63,789 bases of DNA, filler included, from Stramenopiles sp. TOSAG23-3 (GCA_900128585.1; 48 parts of 48 records of this genome joined end to end with filler, not necessarily neighbours in it); one strand, 5' to 3'. Numbered from the whole stretch's first letter, positions 22,654-35,342 are shown. A program made the numbers and translations. The notes: generated by a model not told the origin, from the sequence alone.

Positions 22654-23605
22654 NNNNNNNNNNNNNNNNNNNNNNNNNNNNNNNNNNNNNNNNNNNNTTA
22701 ATTAATTAANNNNNNNNNNNNNNNNNNNNNNNNNNNNNNNNNNNNNNNNNNNNATTATAGTATATATATAATAATAGGTATATAGCATAAGTAAATGTTT
22801 TTTCCATCATCAATCACAATTTGGTGCTGCGCTACTTACCTTCTTACTACTTTGAAATCGTTAATTTTTGATTGAGGTATATACAAGGACACAACATGAA
22901 CTGAGTTGCATTAGTACACGCACATGTATAATATTACGAGGACGTAGCTAATGTAATGGTACCGGTATTTTTAGAATACATAGAATGAACGTAGCGTAGC
23001 ATTGGAAACAAAGACAAGTTGAAAGACTTTTGGGAAAAGAATGTATAAAAATAAAATAGGCATTTGTTTGTACTTATATTGTTATTCATATACAATCTTT
23101 GATTTTGTGTCCCTCATTCATCCCTCACCTCAGCCCTCCTCAGCCCTCCTCAGCCCTCAGATCAAAATAGAAAGTTCATAAAAAATAAAAAACGGAGTTT
23201 GTTGTTTTTTTGGATGATTGATTGTGATTGATTGATTGATGGCGTCGTTAAAAAGAAAAAATGACGGCTCATAGTATAATAGCATTGATATATCAACCGT
23301 TATTGTTGTCAGTGCACTTTTTTGTACATTTTTTTCTTCTTTCTTCGTCATCTTCTATTTATCTTCCTTCTTTCTTTCTCCTCCTCTGTCGATCAAAAAA
23401 AAAAAAGAAGAAAAAAGAAGAAGAAGAAAAAAGAGGAATTAAAATATATTAAATACAGCACCATAGCATCATGTATTCAATCAAATCAATCAGCCACAAA
23501 AAAAAAAAACACACAAGAAATAGAGTTGAGATACGCCGTGTTCCCGTTTGTCTGCGTTTGGTTGCACTGATAAATGAAAATTGAAAAGAAACGAAAATCT
23601 ACAAC

Positions 23606-23917
23606 ATGTCTACAACCTACTCCTTTACGTACACCGCCGACGAAAACGGCGAACAAGTTGAAAACGCTGGCCCAGCACAGATGCCCGCCTACGTTGCCAA
23701 GCGACTGAATGGCTCGAAGAAGCGGTTCAAGAAGAAAGGTACCCCTGCAGAGCGAGAGGCAGCAGTTGAAGCCCGCCGCCAAGCTGTTTTGGCAGAGAAG
23801 AAGAACAAAGCCAGGAAGTACATCGACAAAGTTGAGTCGTATGCCCGCAACGCTGCAGCACAGAAGGAGGGCGAAGAGAATGCCGAGGAAGACTTCTCTG
23901 AAAAGTGCGACGAGTAA
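23606..23917 (+). CDS. Small coiled-coil protein, possibly stathmin-like
   Basis: Complete 103-aa ORF; MPAYVAKRL...EREAAVEARRQAVLAEKKNKARK. Confidence 0.55.
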   Translation: MSTTYSFTYTADENGEQVENAGPAQMPAYVAKRLNGSKKRFKKKGTPAEREAAVEARRQAVLAEKKNKARKYIDKVESYARNAAAQKEGEENAEEDFSEKCDE

Positions 23918-24121
23918 GCAAACTTTCAAGCAACAACTGAACCATGCTACGTGTCCCGATTTGGTTTGGCAGGGTTAAGTGGCGCANNNNNNNNNNNNNN
24001 NNNNNNNNNNNNNNNNNNNNNNNNNNNNNNTTAATTAATTAANNNNNNNNNNNNNNNNNNNNNNNNNNNNNNNNNNNNNNNNNNNNTTACAAATTTTTAA
24101 CGAGTTTCATGTCATGCCTCC

Positions 24122-25318
24122 TCACCTCCTCTTCCCCTGAACAGACGGCTTTCTTTCCTGCCAACTGCCCCGATTACTGCTGCTACTTTCACGTCCGCCG
24201 CTTCCCCTTTCACGACTGCTTCTTTTCTTCTCTGGTGAACCACTTCTTTGGCTACCTCGCGAACTGCCCCGCTTTTCCGCCCTTTCCCGCTTACTCCTTC
24301 GTTTGGCGTCTTTGTATTCTTTAATTTTCGCGCCGACAGCTGCAATCTCCGTATTTACAGCATCGTACGCCTGCCGAAGTTCCTCTATGCGCACTGTTAT
24401 TGCCATGTTTTCCTCTCTACTGTCGTCCTGCTCCGACTGGGCCTTCAGGCTAGCGTACCTGCTTTGTGTCTGTTCCAACTGGGCGACCAACTGCCCCCGG
24501 GCCATCTCGTCTGTCGCAAGGTATACCATCGTTTTGTACATGCTGGTCAGTTGCGGGACTCTGCTGTTCACATGGGCTTGCTGGTCCTCTTCCGCCAACA
24601 TCGCTGACAGCTCGTCCTGCATGCGCTTTACCTTTTCTCGATACGAATCGTGCTCTGTGTAACTCGACTTTATCGTCTTGCTGTACTCCTTCTGTTTTGC
24701 CGCAAGTGCCGCTTCCGCTTGCCGCGCAATCGCGGTCCAGTCGCGGAACATGGCGGCAACCAACTCGTTCCAAAACGCATCTTCTAAAGCCTTGATCCCT
24801 TCCCTTGCATTCATGACTGCTGCTCGCTGGTCCACCACTGGCTTGTTCGATGACAGCAAATGCTCGGCGTTTTTTATCCGCCGCTCACACTTTTTCGACT
24901 GCGACACCCAGCTATGGCTTTTTAGGACATCGCACGGCTCGTTCAGTTTTCTATTGTATCGGTTCCTTTTCAATTCTATGGTCAGCTCGGAAATCTGTTT
25001 GCCAAGCGCCTGGGATATCGCCTTGCAAATTTTATTTTTGTATTTGGTCACTACCAGCCTAACCTTTTCGATCAAACTAAATCGAAGCGAGCCGACGTTT
25101 ACCATCGCTACCATGTTTTCTCTCTCTTTGTGGTACCCTTTCCATGCCTGTCCCTTTGCCTTCTCATCCTCCTGGTGGATAAGGGCTGCCAGTGTGCTAA
25201 CTGTCTCGATGTTCTTGCGAAACTCGGTCATCTGTTTCTGCATCCCACAGTACTGAGCATGGGGCATCGTTTCCATTTCAGTTTCTAGCTCGGATATTGC
25301 TTTTAAGTGATCCCTTAC
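24122..25318 (-). CDS. Long coiled-coil protein, C-terminal part
   Basis: More than 384 aa open, heptad-rich, with an RS-rich tail. Confidence 0.7.
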   Translation of the reverse strand, partial: VRDHLKAISELETEMETMPHAQYCGMQKQMTEFRKNIETVSTLAALIHQEDEKAKGQAWKGYHKERENMVAMVNVGSLRFSLIEKVRLVVTKYKNKICKAISQALGKQISELTIELKRNRYNRKLNEPCDVLKSHSWVSQSKKCERRIKNAEHLLSSNKPVVDQRAAVMNAREGIKALEDAFWNELVAAMFRDWTAIARQAEAALAAKQKEYSKTIKSSYTEHDSYREKVKRMQDELSAMLAEEDQQAHVNSRVPQLTSMYKTMVYLATDEMARGQLVAQLEQTQSRYASLKAQSEQDDSREENMAITVRIEELRQAYDAVNTEIAAVGAKIKEYKDAKRRSKRERAEKRGSSRGSQRSGSPEKKRSSRERGSGGRESSSSNRGSWQERKPSVQGKRR

Positions 25319-25418
25319 NNNNNNNNNNNNNNNNNNNNNNNNNNNNNNNNNNNNNNNNNNNNTTAATTAATTAANNNNNNNNNNNNNNNNNNNNNNNNNN
25401 NNNNNNNNNNNNNNNNNN

Positions 25419-26014
25419 TTCGTGTTACGCGAGTCACGGATGCGAGTTGCCAGGCTGTGCAAGTAGTTCCGAACGTTCTCAAGCGCCTCAATGTCTTTGT
25501 GGGAAAGCAAAATCTTCACCGCTGCTTTTGCATTCACGCGTGCGGCTAGCATCAACGGGGTGGCTCCATCCCTCCCGAACGCCTGGTGGTTTACACGGAT
25601 GCCTTTGAACCTGACCAGCCAATTTAATGCCAGTAAATTGTTGTTTTCTGCAGCGTAGTGCAGTGCCGTTTTGCCCAAGTAATTCTCTTTGTTGAACTCT
25701 ATCCCAGATTGGGCCAGGAGCAGCCGCAGAACGTTATCGGCTATGTCAAAAAATGTGACTGCCATCATCAGAGCGGTCCGATGGCGGCGCGGCTCCATTG
25801 CATTTAGGTCGACCTCTGGCATTGCGAGCAACTCACGAAGCCTTGGCAGGTTCACGTCCGAGTTGCATAAATTGATGAACTCGATGGATTCTTCTGTAAT
25901 GTTTTCCCTGGACGCCCTGCTTTCCTCTTTTCGCCTCTCTAACAAGACGTCTTTGGCCTGCCCGTTCCAAACAAACAGGGCGATCACAACAAGAAAGCAT
26001 AAAAAGGACTGCAT
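25419..26014 (-). CDS. Signal-peptide-bearing ankyrin-repeat protein (3' truncated)
   Basis: MQSFLCFLVVIALFVWNGQA signal peptide; RTALMMAV, GKTALHYAAENN, GATPLMLAA. Confidence 0.85.
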
Positions 26015-27572
26015 GGTAGAAACGATTCTTTCCCAAAGTCAATCGCCCACATTCTTACACGTAATTTTTTCTTCATCTTTTTAAAATGTTCAAACCCGTT
26101 CATGAATCATTGTATATGTATAAATTATATTTATACATTTACATATACATCATTAATTAATGCAACAAGAAGACGACTGTAGTCAAACTCCTGACAACAA
26201 TAATATGAAGAAGGAAGAAGGAGAAAAAAATATTTTATTATTATTATTTTTATGTGTTGTTGAGGAGTCATTGCTCATTGCATTGAGTGAGAGACAAAAA
26301 TATGATGATGAAGAATGAAAAAAATACTAAAATAATAGACGACTACCATATACACAGCATAATAAAGAAAAGAGGAATGGAAATGTAAAAAATACAACTA
26401 AGAATATATTTTGGTGTACAAAATTACTTTTTGTATTATTTTTTATTTTCATGATGTTGTAAAAAAAGAGCATCAAATACTTTTACCACTGCACAGCGAC
26501 TTAAGACTCACAAACATACGACGATTTACTTTTGGACCCATTTCGAGTTCTTAATAAAGGAGTGAAAGTTGTAAAGCGATACGTCCATGTACAGTGGGTA
26601 CTGTGCGTATTTGCTCGACGTGTAACGAACGGACCCGTTCCGGACGTACNNNNNNNNNNNNNNNNNNNNNNNNNNNNNNNNNNNNNNNNNNNNTTAATTA
26701 ATTAANNNNNNNNNNNNNNNNNNNNNNNNNNNNNNNNNNNNNNNNNNNNTTCAATGCTCTGTTTATATATTATATAATTTTAATTTTGGCTTCTACGTGC
26801 TGTGCGTACTCTTTTGTTCTTGTAGTTTGTAGTCTATAACTGAACTAAGTATAAATAAGAAGAGAAAGCCAATTAAAAAAGCTTATTGAGATACGAGGGG
26901 CTAAATGACCACAAAGAAGCGTAAAGCAGCACCTCATAAATATAAAACTAGAGACGACTACAAGGACGGTACGTAATAATAATTCTATTTTATATAGGCT
27001 TCGTACGCTCCACTATTTATTATATACAGCCTATAACACCCACGAGTACATCACTTTTCATTTTATAACTATTTATAAATGTAAAATATTTGTAATCGAA
27101 TCGAATAAATAAAAAATGAGGATGTGGCCTCTTCTCCGTCCGTCCGTCCTGCCTGTTGTAAACCAGTAGTAATTTAATGTAATCGTTCTTTCTCTATTAA
27201 TAATCTGCTATGCTTACGTATAATAAATACACTACATACAATATAAATACTGTACCAGGTACTATAACACACTAAATTATAATTTAAATATACTGGTACA
27301 AAAGGTACATATAATAAAGCAACAATTATTTAATAAAAAAAAATAGAACAACAACAAAACAAACAACAAAAAAAAAAAAAAGAAGAAAACAACAACCAGA
27401 CAACAGAATCGCAACAAAAAAAGAAGAAAGGAAAGGCCAATCATTCATTCAATTCGCCAACAGGAACAATTAACAAATTGAACGAGAGTTGGAAAAAGGG
27501 GAGGCGGAATTTAGAACCTAATACCATTGATTTTAGGATTCAACGAATTGTTGCTGGTAAAAGCTAAGTGAA

Positions 27573-27980
27573 ATGAATTTTCTCCCGAGGGTGTTTACCG
27601 TGGCGCGTCGGACGGCCTCAACGCGGATAGTGAGTTTCTCCGTCCAATCACGTTTTGTTCATAGCACAGGCTCTGTAGCGGCAGAAATCGATGATGGCAG
27701 TAATATTGTGGACGCATCAATAGCGATAGAAGATGAGGAGGACGAATACAAAGGCCAAGCGCTTCCAATAGAAATCATGATGGGGGAAGAGGACCCAAAA
27801 GTTTTGGCAAAGTCGGAATACCCGGAGTGGGTGGCGGAGTTAGCAACACCGGGAAAGTCGATGAACGAAATCGAGCGCGAGGCGAAGACGAAAGATATTT
27901 CTATGGACGACATGACGCGGTACCATAAACTGAAGCAAAGGAAAGAAATCAAGACTGCAAACAAGTTTGGAAATGTCATT
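27573..27980 (+). CDS. MRPL54: Mitochondrial ribosomal protein mL54 (Ribosomal_L37 family)
   Basis: Arg/Ser-rich transit peptide; GEEDPKVLAKSEYPEWV and RYHKLKQRKEIKTANK. Confidence 0.8.
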
Positions 27981-28080
27981 NNNNNNNNNNNNNNNNNNNN
28001 NNNNNNNNNNNNNNNNNNNNNNNNTTAATTAATTAANNNNNNNNNNNNNNNNNNNNNNNNNNNNNNNNNNNNNNNNNNNN

Positions 28081-29311
28081 TCATACGCGCCTAGAAAAAT
28101 CGGAAATCCACCATTTTAAAAAAATAGATTCTTTTTCAAATAAATCCTTAAAAATATAGAGAAAAAAGGAGCATTTTTGGTTTTTCTTATTTTTTTTTTA
28201 TGAAGAAAAAAGGGAACTGTACGGTCAAATTTGACTGAAAAGTTATATGTACTCGCACTACTGTATACACTCGACCGAATGGTATGAATATTTTTTGAAC
28301 GTTAACCCACATAAAAATTCATACATGTCTCTATCTTTGTTAAGATAAAAGACTTTTGATAGTATAATTGTTCCAATCTTGTTATTTTCAACGTCGCTCG
28401 CTGTTTTTACCAACCTTTGGGAGAATCTTAAATCAGCGGGCCTTTTCAGTCCAATTGTTGATTTGGAAAGGGCGGTCCGACGAGGCGTTCGTGCGGAAAA
28501 GTAAGTATCTGCACGGAGCTGGTGTGCTAAACGATCGATTTCCACTTGTCCNNNNNNNNNNNNNNNNNNNNNNNNNNNNNNNNNNNNNNNNNNNNNNNNN
28601 NNNNNNNNNNNNNNNNNNNNNNNNNNNNCGTATTTGTATTTTGACTGTGCATAGTGTACTGTGGCAAGGCTCATTTGACACTTGAACGAACGGTCCGACG
28701 AGGCGTTGGTGCGGAAAAGTAAGTATCTGCACGAAGCTGGTGTGCTAAACGATCGATTTCCACTTGTCCCGCTTGATTTTGCAAGGGGAACTGCAGAGTT
28801 TGGCGGACCAGATTCAAGGGAATAGTGTTTACCAGGGCTCCGTATTTTTGTTTGGACGAAGCCCCGTGCGGCGAAGCGCGGCTCATCTCACGGTTAATCT
28901 GATGGCTCAGTAAGCAGTGGGCAAAGGGAGGGGGGTGGATGAAGTGGAATGGAACAAAAATGTACATTGAGAAGAATAGACGCAAAAACTTAGAGATAGA
29001 ACTGAAAACTTGCAGTTTTAAAATTTTGCAAAATGCATTTTTGTCAACATAGTTGAACATGTAATGCACATGCAAGCACAAGAACACATATGAGTTCTTA
29101 TTGAAGAATTGGTTTTTCACTGACTGTATTTTTTTATCTGATTGTGTCGATCTTATATAGGTACATATAGTATAAGAATACAAATAACTACATTATCCTA
29201 GCACTGTTTTAAGGCGATTATATACATTGTAACATCATTAATGCTGTGTTCATGTTAAACCCCAACAGCTTAAAAATGGTGGATTTCCGATTTTTCTAGG
29301 CGCGTATGAAT
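28081..29311. mobile_element. Non-autonomous TIR element (MITE-like) with 37-bp terminal inverted repeats
   Basis: 28081-28117 TCATACGCGCCTAGAAAAATCGGAAATCCACCATTTT is the exact reverse complement of 29273-29309. No transposase ORF. Confidence 0.65.
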
Positions 29312-29879
29312 NNNNNNNNNNNNNNNNNNNNNNNNNNNNNNNNNNNNNNNNNNNNTTAATTAATTAANNNNNNNNNNNNNNNNNNNNNNNNNNNNNNNNN
29401 NNNNNNNNNNNTTCGATGCTTTTCCACTTCGCTGTTTTTTTGAAAGTTTATAATAATTTAAATTGTATTTTTTATTGTATTAATAATATCTATTATTAAT
29501 ATTATGTCGTCATATTTTTTTTAATTCATTCATCATCATTATTATTCGTCGTCGTTCGTCGTTTTTATTTTATTAATAATTATACAGAATTGGTATTAAT
29601 TATATATTAGCCTAATTTAAGGAATATTATAAATATATTAATAACATATTATACTGGATGGTATGGATAGCAACACCTTCTTCATACTATAGAATTTTCG
29701 ACCTTTCCACGTTTATCAGTCGACCAAGTGCCCACGGACCCACGGAGCAAGTGGTATAATACATTGGCGTGGACGTTGGGCGGCTCAACCCGGTACGATT
29801 TCAGCTTATCCTGGGACTAATAGGTTACATATAATAACAGTGTAATAACTCTGGCAAATGAAATATAATATTGTTCATT

Positions 29880-30395
29880 TTAACCGTAAAACTCTTCGTA
29901 ATACCGCACGACCGCCAAGTTCGAACTCCGAAGGGCCTCTCCAAGGGTCGAATTCGGACTACCAAGGGGGGGATCAACGCATGATCGAAGTTGTGACGTT
30001 GGACATCCTTCATCATCATAGTCGACTATTGAGGTTAGTGAATGGCACCTAGCGTCCCCAATGTGCCAAAATGCGCCTGCACTAAACTCCCCCTTGATTT
30101 TCCCCTTCGGCTTTTTCTTGTACGTTTTGAGCGCTGAGGGAATCGTTGCCCCAACTTCTAAAACCGTGAGCTCCCACGTGTTGAAATAGCCTTCGTCGTC
30201 CGAGTCATTACACTCATTGCTTATTAACTCCGTCGGGCTCTCGGGCCAAACAAAGTCCTTGAATGGCATGTTGAGATCCGCGGATACAACTGCCCACCCC
30301 TGTAGCGGACAATAACCAGCCCCATCGCCCCAATTGTAAAAGTACACTTTGAAAGCCGTTTGCTCAGGGCAAAACTGAGTCGCTAGTTCTGTCAT
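29880..30395 (-). CDS. Hypothetical protein
   Basis: Complete 171-aa ORF, GC-rich relative to its flanks. Confidence 0.6.
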   Translation of the reverse strand: MTELATQFCPEQTAFKVYFYNWGDGAGYCPLQGWAVVSADLNMPFKDFVWPESPTELISNECNDSDDEGYFNTWELTVLEVGATIPSALKTYKKKPKGKIKGEFSAGAFWHIGDARCHSLTSIVDYDDEGCPTSQLRSCVDPPLGSPNSTLGEALRSSNLAVVRYYEEFYG

Positions 30396-30562
30396 TTGAT
30401 CGATAAAGTTTTGTTGATATTATTGATGGTATAAAATCTGTATGCTGGTTGAATTAAATTGCTTATTAAATTGATCCATTTCTGTTCGGTATTAATCTCT
30501 CTAAGAGATTAATACCGAAGAACAGGGTTGATTTATTTATTTAGACTAAATTATAAAATAGC

Positions 30563-30641
30563 GAAGGAAGAAGAAGAAGAAGAAAGAAGAAGAAGAAGAA
30601 GAAGAAGAAGAAGAAGAAGAAGAAGAAGAAGAAGAAGAAGA
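30563..30641 (+). repeat. (GAA)n microsatellite
   Basis: Read directly. Confidence 0.95.
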
Positions 30642-30872
30642 NNNNNNNNNNNNNNNNNNNNNNNNNNNNNNNNNNNNNNNNNNNNTTAATTAATTAANNN
30701 NNNNNNNNNNNNNNNNNNNNNNNNNNNNNNNNNNNNNNNNNAAAAATGAAAAATATAGTAGACGACTATGAAATACATATATAAGGACTATGGTAGTTTG
30801 AACAGGTAGACAGTACTGATATTATGCATAATAGGAGATACTGATATAGATCTATTTATGGGGCGGCCGAGA

Positions 30873-31971
30873 TTAGTTTTCTATGCGCTGCTGTTGTAAA
30901 CTTTTAAAACTTTGAAGAATGTCCATTTCGGCGATGCTGCCAGTTGCATAAACCCCTTTCTTTCTCTTAAAAACTTTCAACGCCAATTGGAAGAACCAGA
31001 ACGACCAGTCCAATGTTTTCTTGTTTTCTGCGAGCGACGTTCCGTATGCATGAAGGTTTTCAACAGAGCATAAATCTTTCGCCAAGGCCTTCTCCAGATT
31101 CTGTTGCTGCTCGGTTTTCTGGAAAGAAGAGAATGGGCTCCATTTTATTTTTGGTACCCGGTTCAAACCGTTCGGGCTAAACTCCACGCCACCTTTGAAT
31201 TTGATGTGGGATGGTCCGCTGCCTTGGTCAATTTCGATCACGGTGTCCCCGCTCGTTCCTACTCCCACCTCCTCTTTGCCCTTTACCGCGTCCACTACTA
31301 ACGAAAATACACCGCGCTTGTCAAAACACCAAGAGCGTTGCACCATACCAAACCTCGGGTCCATTCCTCCGTAGAATTCTCGGTGGCCCGCGTTGTACTC
31401 ACGAGGGATGACTGTTTCGAAGAGTCCTCCCCTTTTCAGCAACGCAGAAAGGGAATCAAGGTTGTACTGTACGTGGTGCTTGTCACGGATGTCGTCAAAG
31501 TACTTCTTCGCAGTCGTGTTTTCAGGGTACCGATCCCAATCGGGCACCGCCACTCGCAGAAAACTTTTCCCGTTTCCTTTTAAGAATGAATAGCAATTTT
31601 TAAAGCCTTGCAGCGATTGCTCTATGTCTAGGTGCTCGAACACGTGCTCCGCCATGATAGAATCCACAGAAGAAGGGCCGCCGAAGTAAAACCTGAAGTC
31701 CTCCACGTCCAAAATATTTAAATCGTTCACACTGAACGGGATTTGATTCGGTGCAAAGAACTGACGAGGGTCCTCTATTTGATGCATGGCCGCCCCAATG
31801 ACGATGTGGAAAGGCAAGCCATTGGTCTTTGCAACGGAAACTCTCTTTCGCAAGGCTTCTCTTCTCGAATACTTTATTGCAATTTGTGCATTCACTTTGT
31901 GTACCAGAGTTTTGTACACGTTTTCCTCGCTCCCCATGTTGATGCTATCTACAAATCTTTGGACGGCAGCC
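30873..31971 (-). CDS. Class I SAM-dependent methyltransferase-domain protein (5' truncated)
   Basis: SSVDSIMAEHVFEHL...CYSFLKGNG..LRVAVPD. Confidence 0.75.
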
Positions 31972-32071
31972 NNNNNNNNNNNNNNNNNNNNNNNNNNNNN
32001 NNNNNNNNNNNNNNNTTAATTAATTAANNNNNNNNNNNNNNNNNNNNNNNNNNNNNNNNNNNNNNNNNNNN

Positions 32072-33301
32072 ACGCAGGCGTCGTCCATGCGAACAAACCC
32101 TTCGTTGCACGTGCAATCCTTGATCGAGGTGGAGCCCGTTCCGTTTGTTTCGGAATTGCCCGGGCACACGTTGCAGGCGGTGCTGCCATTCTTGCTGGAG
32201 TAGGTATTGAAAAAACAGGCTTCACAACGCTCGATTCCGCTTACTCTTTTGAAACGACCCGGTGGGCAATTTTGACAAGTGTACCCCTGGACTTCTTGGC
32301 CTGCTGGGCATGCAATCGGTTTGCACTTGATGTAGTCCAACTCGTACTGCCAGGAAGTCCCTAAGGGACAGATGGAAGGTTTCAGATCCTTTACATGCAA
32401 AATATCTGTTGTTTCTTCTGTGGACACGTTCAAAGTTTCACTTGTGTACAGAACTCCGGCATAAATTTGCGTTCTGGACAGGTCGGTCAGGTCCGATTGT
32501 TGGCAGCAATTGGGAAAATAATTGGAACATGTTCCGCCTTTTATTACTTCTCTGGAGGAAAGGTCGGCATTTTGGACAATGCGAATGATCTTGGACTCGT
32601 TTGCCCTAGCAACGACGGGCTGTTTGTTTTCACCCCACAAAACGTCAAGTGCTTGAACGTCTTTTCTTCTATTATTTTTGAAAACTAATGGCACGTACAC
32701 CTTTGACGAATCGCACATAGAGAAAACAGATCCATCTTGCCATTTAAAATTGTTGTTGTATTTCAAGTGAACAAGGGCCGGGGCAGTAATGTTTGTAAAT
32801 TTGCAGTCTATAAATGTCAGTGGACTGGCGTCGGACACTATGGCAGCGGACGAAGCAACTAGATTTTGGAAATGAACGTTTCGAAATAAAATTGGTCCAA
32901 GGGTAATGCCTTTTCTCTCCCCATTTACTCGCACGAAACTTGAGTTGGTAGATGTCCCATCAAAAATAATGTATTCTAGAAATACAGGAGATGTCCCTGT
33001 CCCTCGAATTTGGATGCACGAAATTTTGCTGAACAAGCAGCGCAGTGTGGCGTGACCTCTACTACCCGCCGTTTTTGCCCTTAACACCACTCGAGTATTT
33101 TTCATAAGGATGCTTAAGCCAAATGTGTCATAACCACTATTTTTGTTCAGCAAAGTGAGAAAAATATTTGTGTCAACATCCAGTCGAGCACCCGTCACAG
33201 TTGACGATCTCTCCTTATTGCTGTACCATGCGATTGTATCGTCATTAGAAGAAGCACTTGCAAGGTCCATGTCTCCATCTCCGTCGATATCGGCGGCAAA
33301 T
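32072..33301 (-). CDS. Cell-surface protein with FG-GAP repeat and Cys-rich ephrin-receptor-like (GCC2/GCC3) repeats (internal fragment)
   Basis: ADIDGDGDMDLASASSNDDTIAWY; CQNCPPGRFK..CEACFFNTYS..GSTACNVCPGNSETNGTGSTSIKDCTCNEGF. Confidence 0.85.
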
Positions 33302-33401
33302 NNNNNNNNNNNNNNNNNNNNNNNNNNNNNNNNNNNNNNNNNNNNTTAATTAATTAANNNNNNNNNNNNNNNNNNNNNNNNNNNNNNNNNNNNNNNNNNN
33401 N

Positions 33402-34631
33402 AGCGTCGCTGTCGAAATCTACAGTTAGGTTCGACAAGCGAACGTCACGAACCTGGAGATGAACATTCTTCTGGTTCAACAGCGTGATTGGTGGTACTGG
33501 GACCATGCCCGCATCTGCCTTGAACGATGGCACATGTAGGGTCAGGACGCACGCTTTTAACGACTCAGTTAAGTTGTATATCTCTTGCGTCGAGCTGCGG
33601 GCGTCCCCAGTTTCGTTCGTGCTCGTCGCGCCGCGAGCGCCGTAGATTTTCATGCCATTGGCTCCATCGTCGGCCCCGCTGCTGGCACCAAAAAAGCCAA
33701 AAAATAAATTTTTCACTGCCACGCGCGTAGTTTTTTTGTCAGTGTCAACAACAATGTCCAAGTACCGATGCTGGCCTTGGAACGGGTTCAGTGTGGGCAA
33801 GTCCATCGTCAGCAACATCGTATCGGCACTGTTGCTTGGGGCAACACCCACAAGGCCTGTCGCAGGCACAATGTTCACGGCGCACTCTTGTACATTAAAT
33901 TCCAAGGATTTTTGACCCTCCAAGCTTATATGGCGAATGTTCTCATTGACCATAGGCACGAAAAGCACCGAAAGCAAAAGAAAGACAGAGGACAAGGCCA
34001 GCAAGATGTGAAGTACGGTCTCAAGGCGGGAAAGAGGTTTTCGCATGAAGCCAATGGGGTTTTCTTCTTGCCGTTGTTCCAGGAGCCCTCTGACACCACG
34101 GACAGCACCTGGAGGGCGATAAAAAAGGCGCCGGCAAGACCTCCGTAAAGGAGCGCATAGCCTTCACTCTTTGCCAATTGCAGTTCCACCGCTGTGCCCG
34201 AAACGAAGGAAAGTAGGGATAAATACAGCAGCGTGGTTTCTGTTTTATGCGTCCCTTCCGATTGTAAAATATCGCGTGCGTGTTCAAACGTTACAATGTC
34301 TTTGTACGGGATGGCCCACATGAAATTTCCGCCGTCGTCGTAGTACGGTTCCTCACTAAATGGTTTGTTTACTTTTTTGTACTCTTTGTACTCTTTGTTT
34401 TTTAGGAGCAACACAATCTTCAAGTTTTGGCCACGCTCGTCGACGAACGATTCTATCAATTTTTTCTGTTTCTTTTGCGACGCTTGCTTCTGATCGGTGG
34501 ACCTATGCTCGGGCGAGTAAAGAATTTCCCCCTTCTCATCGTACCGTTGCAGCTTTGCAAAAAGTAGCTTGGAATCTTTAGGAAAATTTCCCGAAAGACA
34601 CTGCTGAACAATATCTTCAAGATTCTTAAAT
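33402..34631 (-). CDS. Multi-pass membrane protein fragment with apparent frameshift near 34050-34090
   Basis: One frame is open from the contig end through two TM helices. A second frame (34046 onward) continues with a TM helix and an ectodomain. Confidence 0.55.
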
Positions 34632-34820
34632 NNNNNNNNNNNNNNNNNNNNNNNNNNNNNNNNNNNNNNNNNNNNTTAATTAATTAANNNNNNNNNNNNN
34701 NNNNNNNNNNNNNNNNNNNNNNNNNNNNNNNATACAATGGACGCCATTTATTATCAATCGTGCAAATGTTATACTGTAATTAAACAAATAATGCTATTAA
34801 TAAGCTCTATCTATATTCAA

Positions 34821-35342
34821 ATGGAAACAAAGAAGAAGATATTGTTTAAACGTATGAACAAGCTGTATGGAATGATAGTAAGACCGCCATATTTAGAAGC
34901 ACGAAGAAGGGACTTCATCACAGTCATCGAAAACCATTTGTTAAACATGCTGAAAAGTAAGGATCTGTACCGAATTTACTACACCATTCTCCCCTTAGAG
35001 AAGCATTTTAAAGGTGTAGAAGAACAGACTTTTATTTCTGCCATAAAAGATGACGCGACGTACAATAGAGCTTTAGTACGAATCAAATGTGAGGATTTTC
35101 AGTGGTACCGGCCGAAGAACATTACAGTTACACAAAGTATACCGGTAGAGGCATTGGTGAATAGGGACGGCATGGCTGTGGGCAGAGGGCTCAAAACCGC
35201 CGGTAATGTAGTGTTTCGGTGTTTGAAATGCGGCGAAATAAGCAGTACAGCAGAGTTGTATTGGAAACACCAAGAGACACACGGTAATCTTAGAGTACGA
35301 AAAATTCAAAGAATAGAAAGAGTAAATCAGTACAAATTTTAA
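34821..35342 (+). CDS. Hypothetical protein with C-terminal C2H2 zinc finger (copy 2)
   Basis: Near-identical to 21510-22034. Confidence 0.75.
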   Translation: METKKKILFKRMNKLYGMIVRPPYLEARRRDFITVIENHLLNMLKSKDLYRIYYTILPLEKHFKGVEEQTFISAIKDDATYNRALVRIKCEDFQWYRPKNITVTQSIPVEALVNRDGMAVGRGLKTAGNVVFRCLKCGEISSTAELYWKHQETHGNLRVRKIQRIERVNQYKF

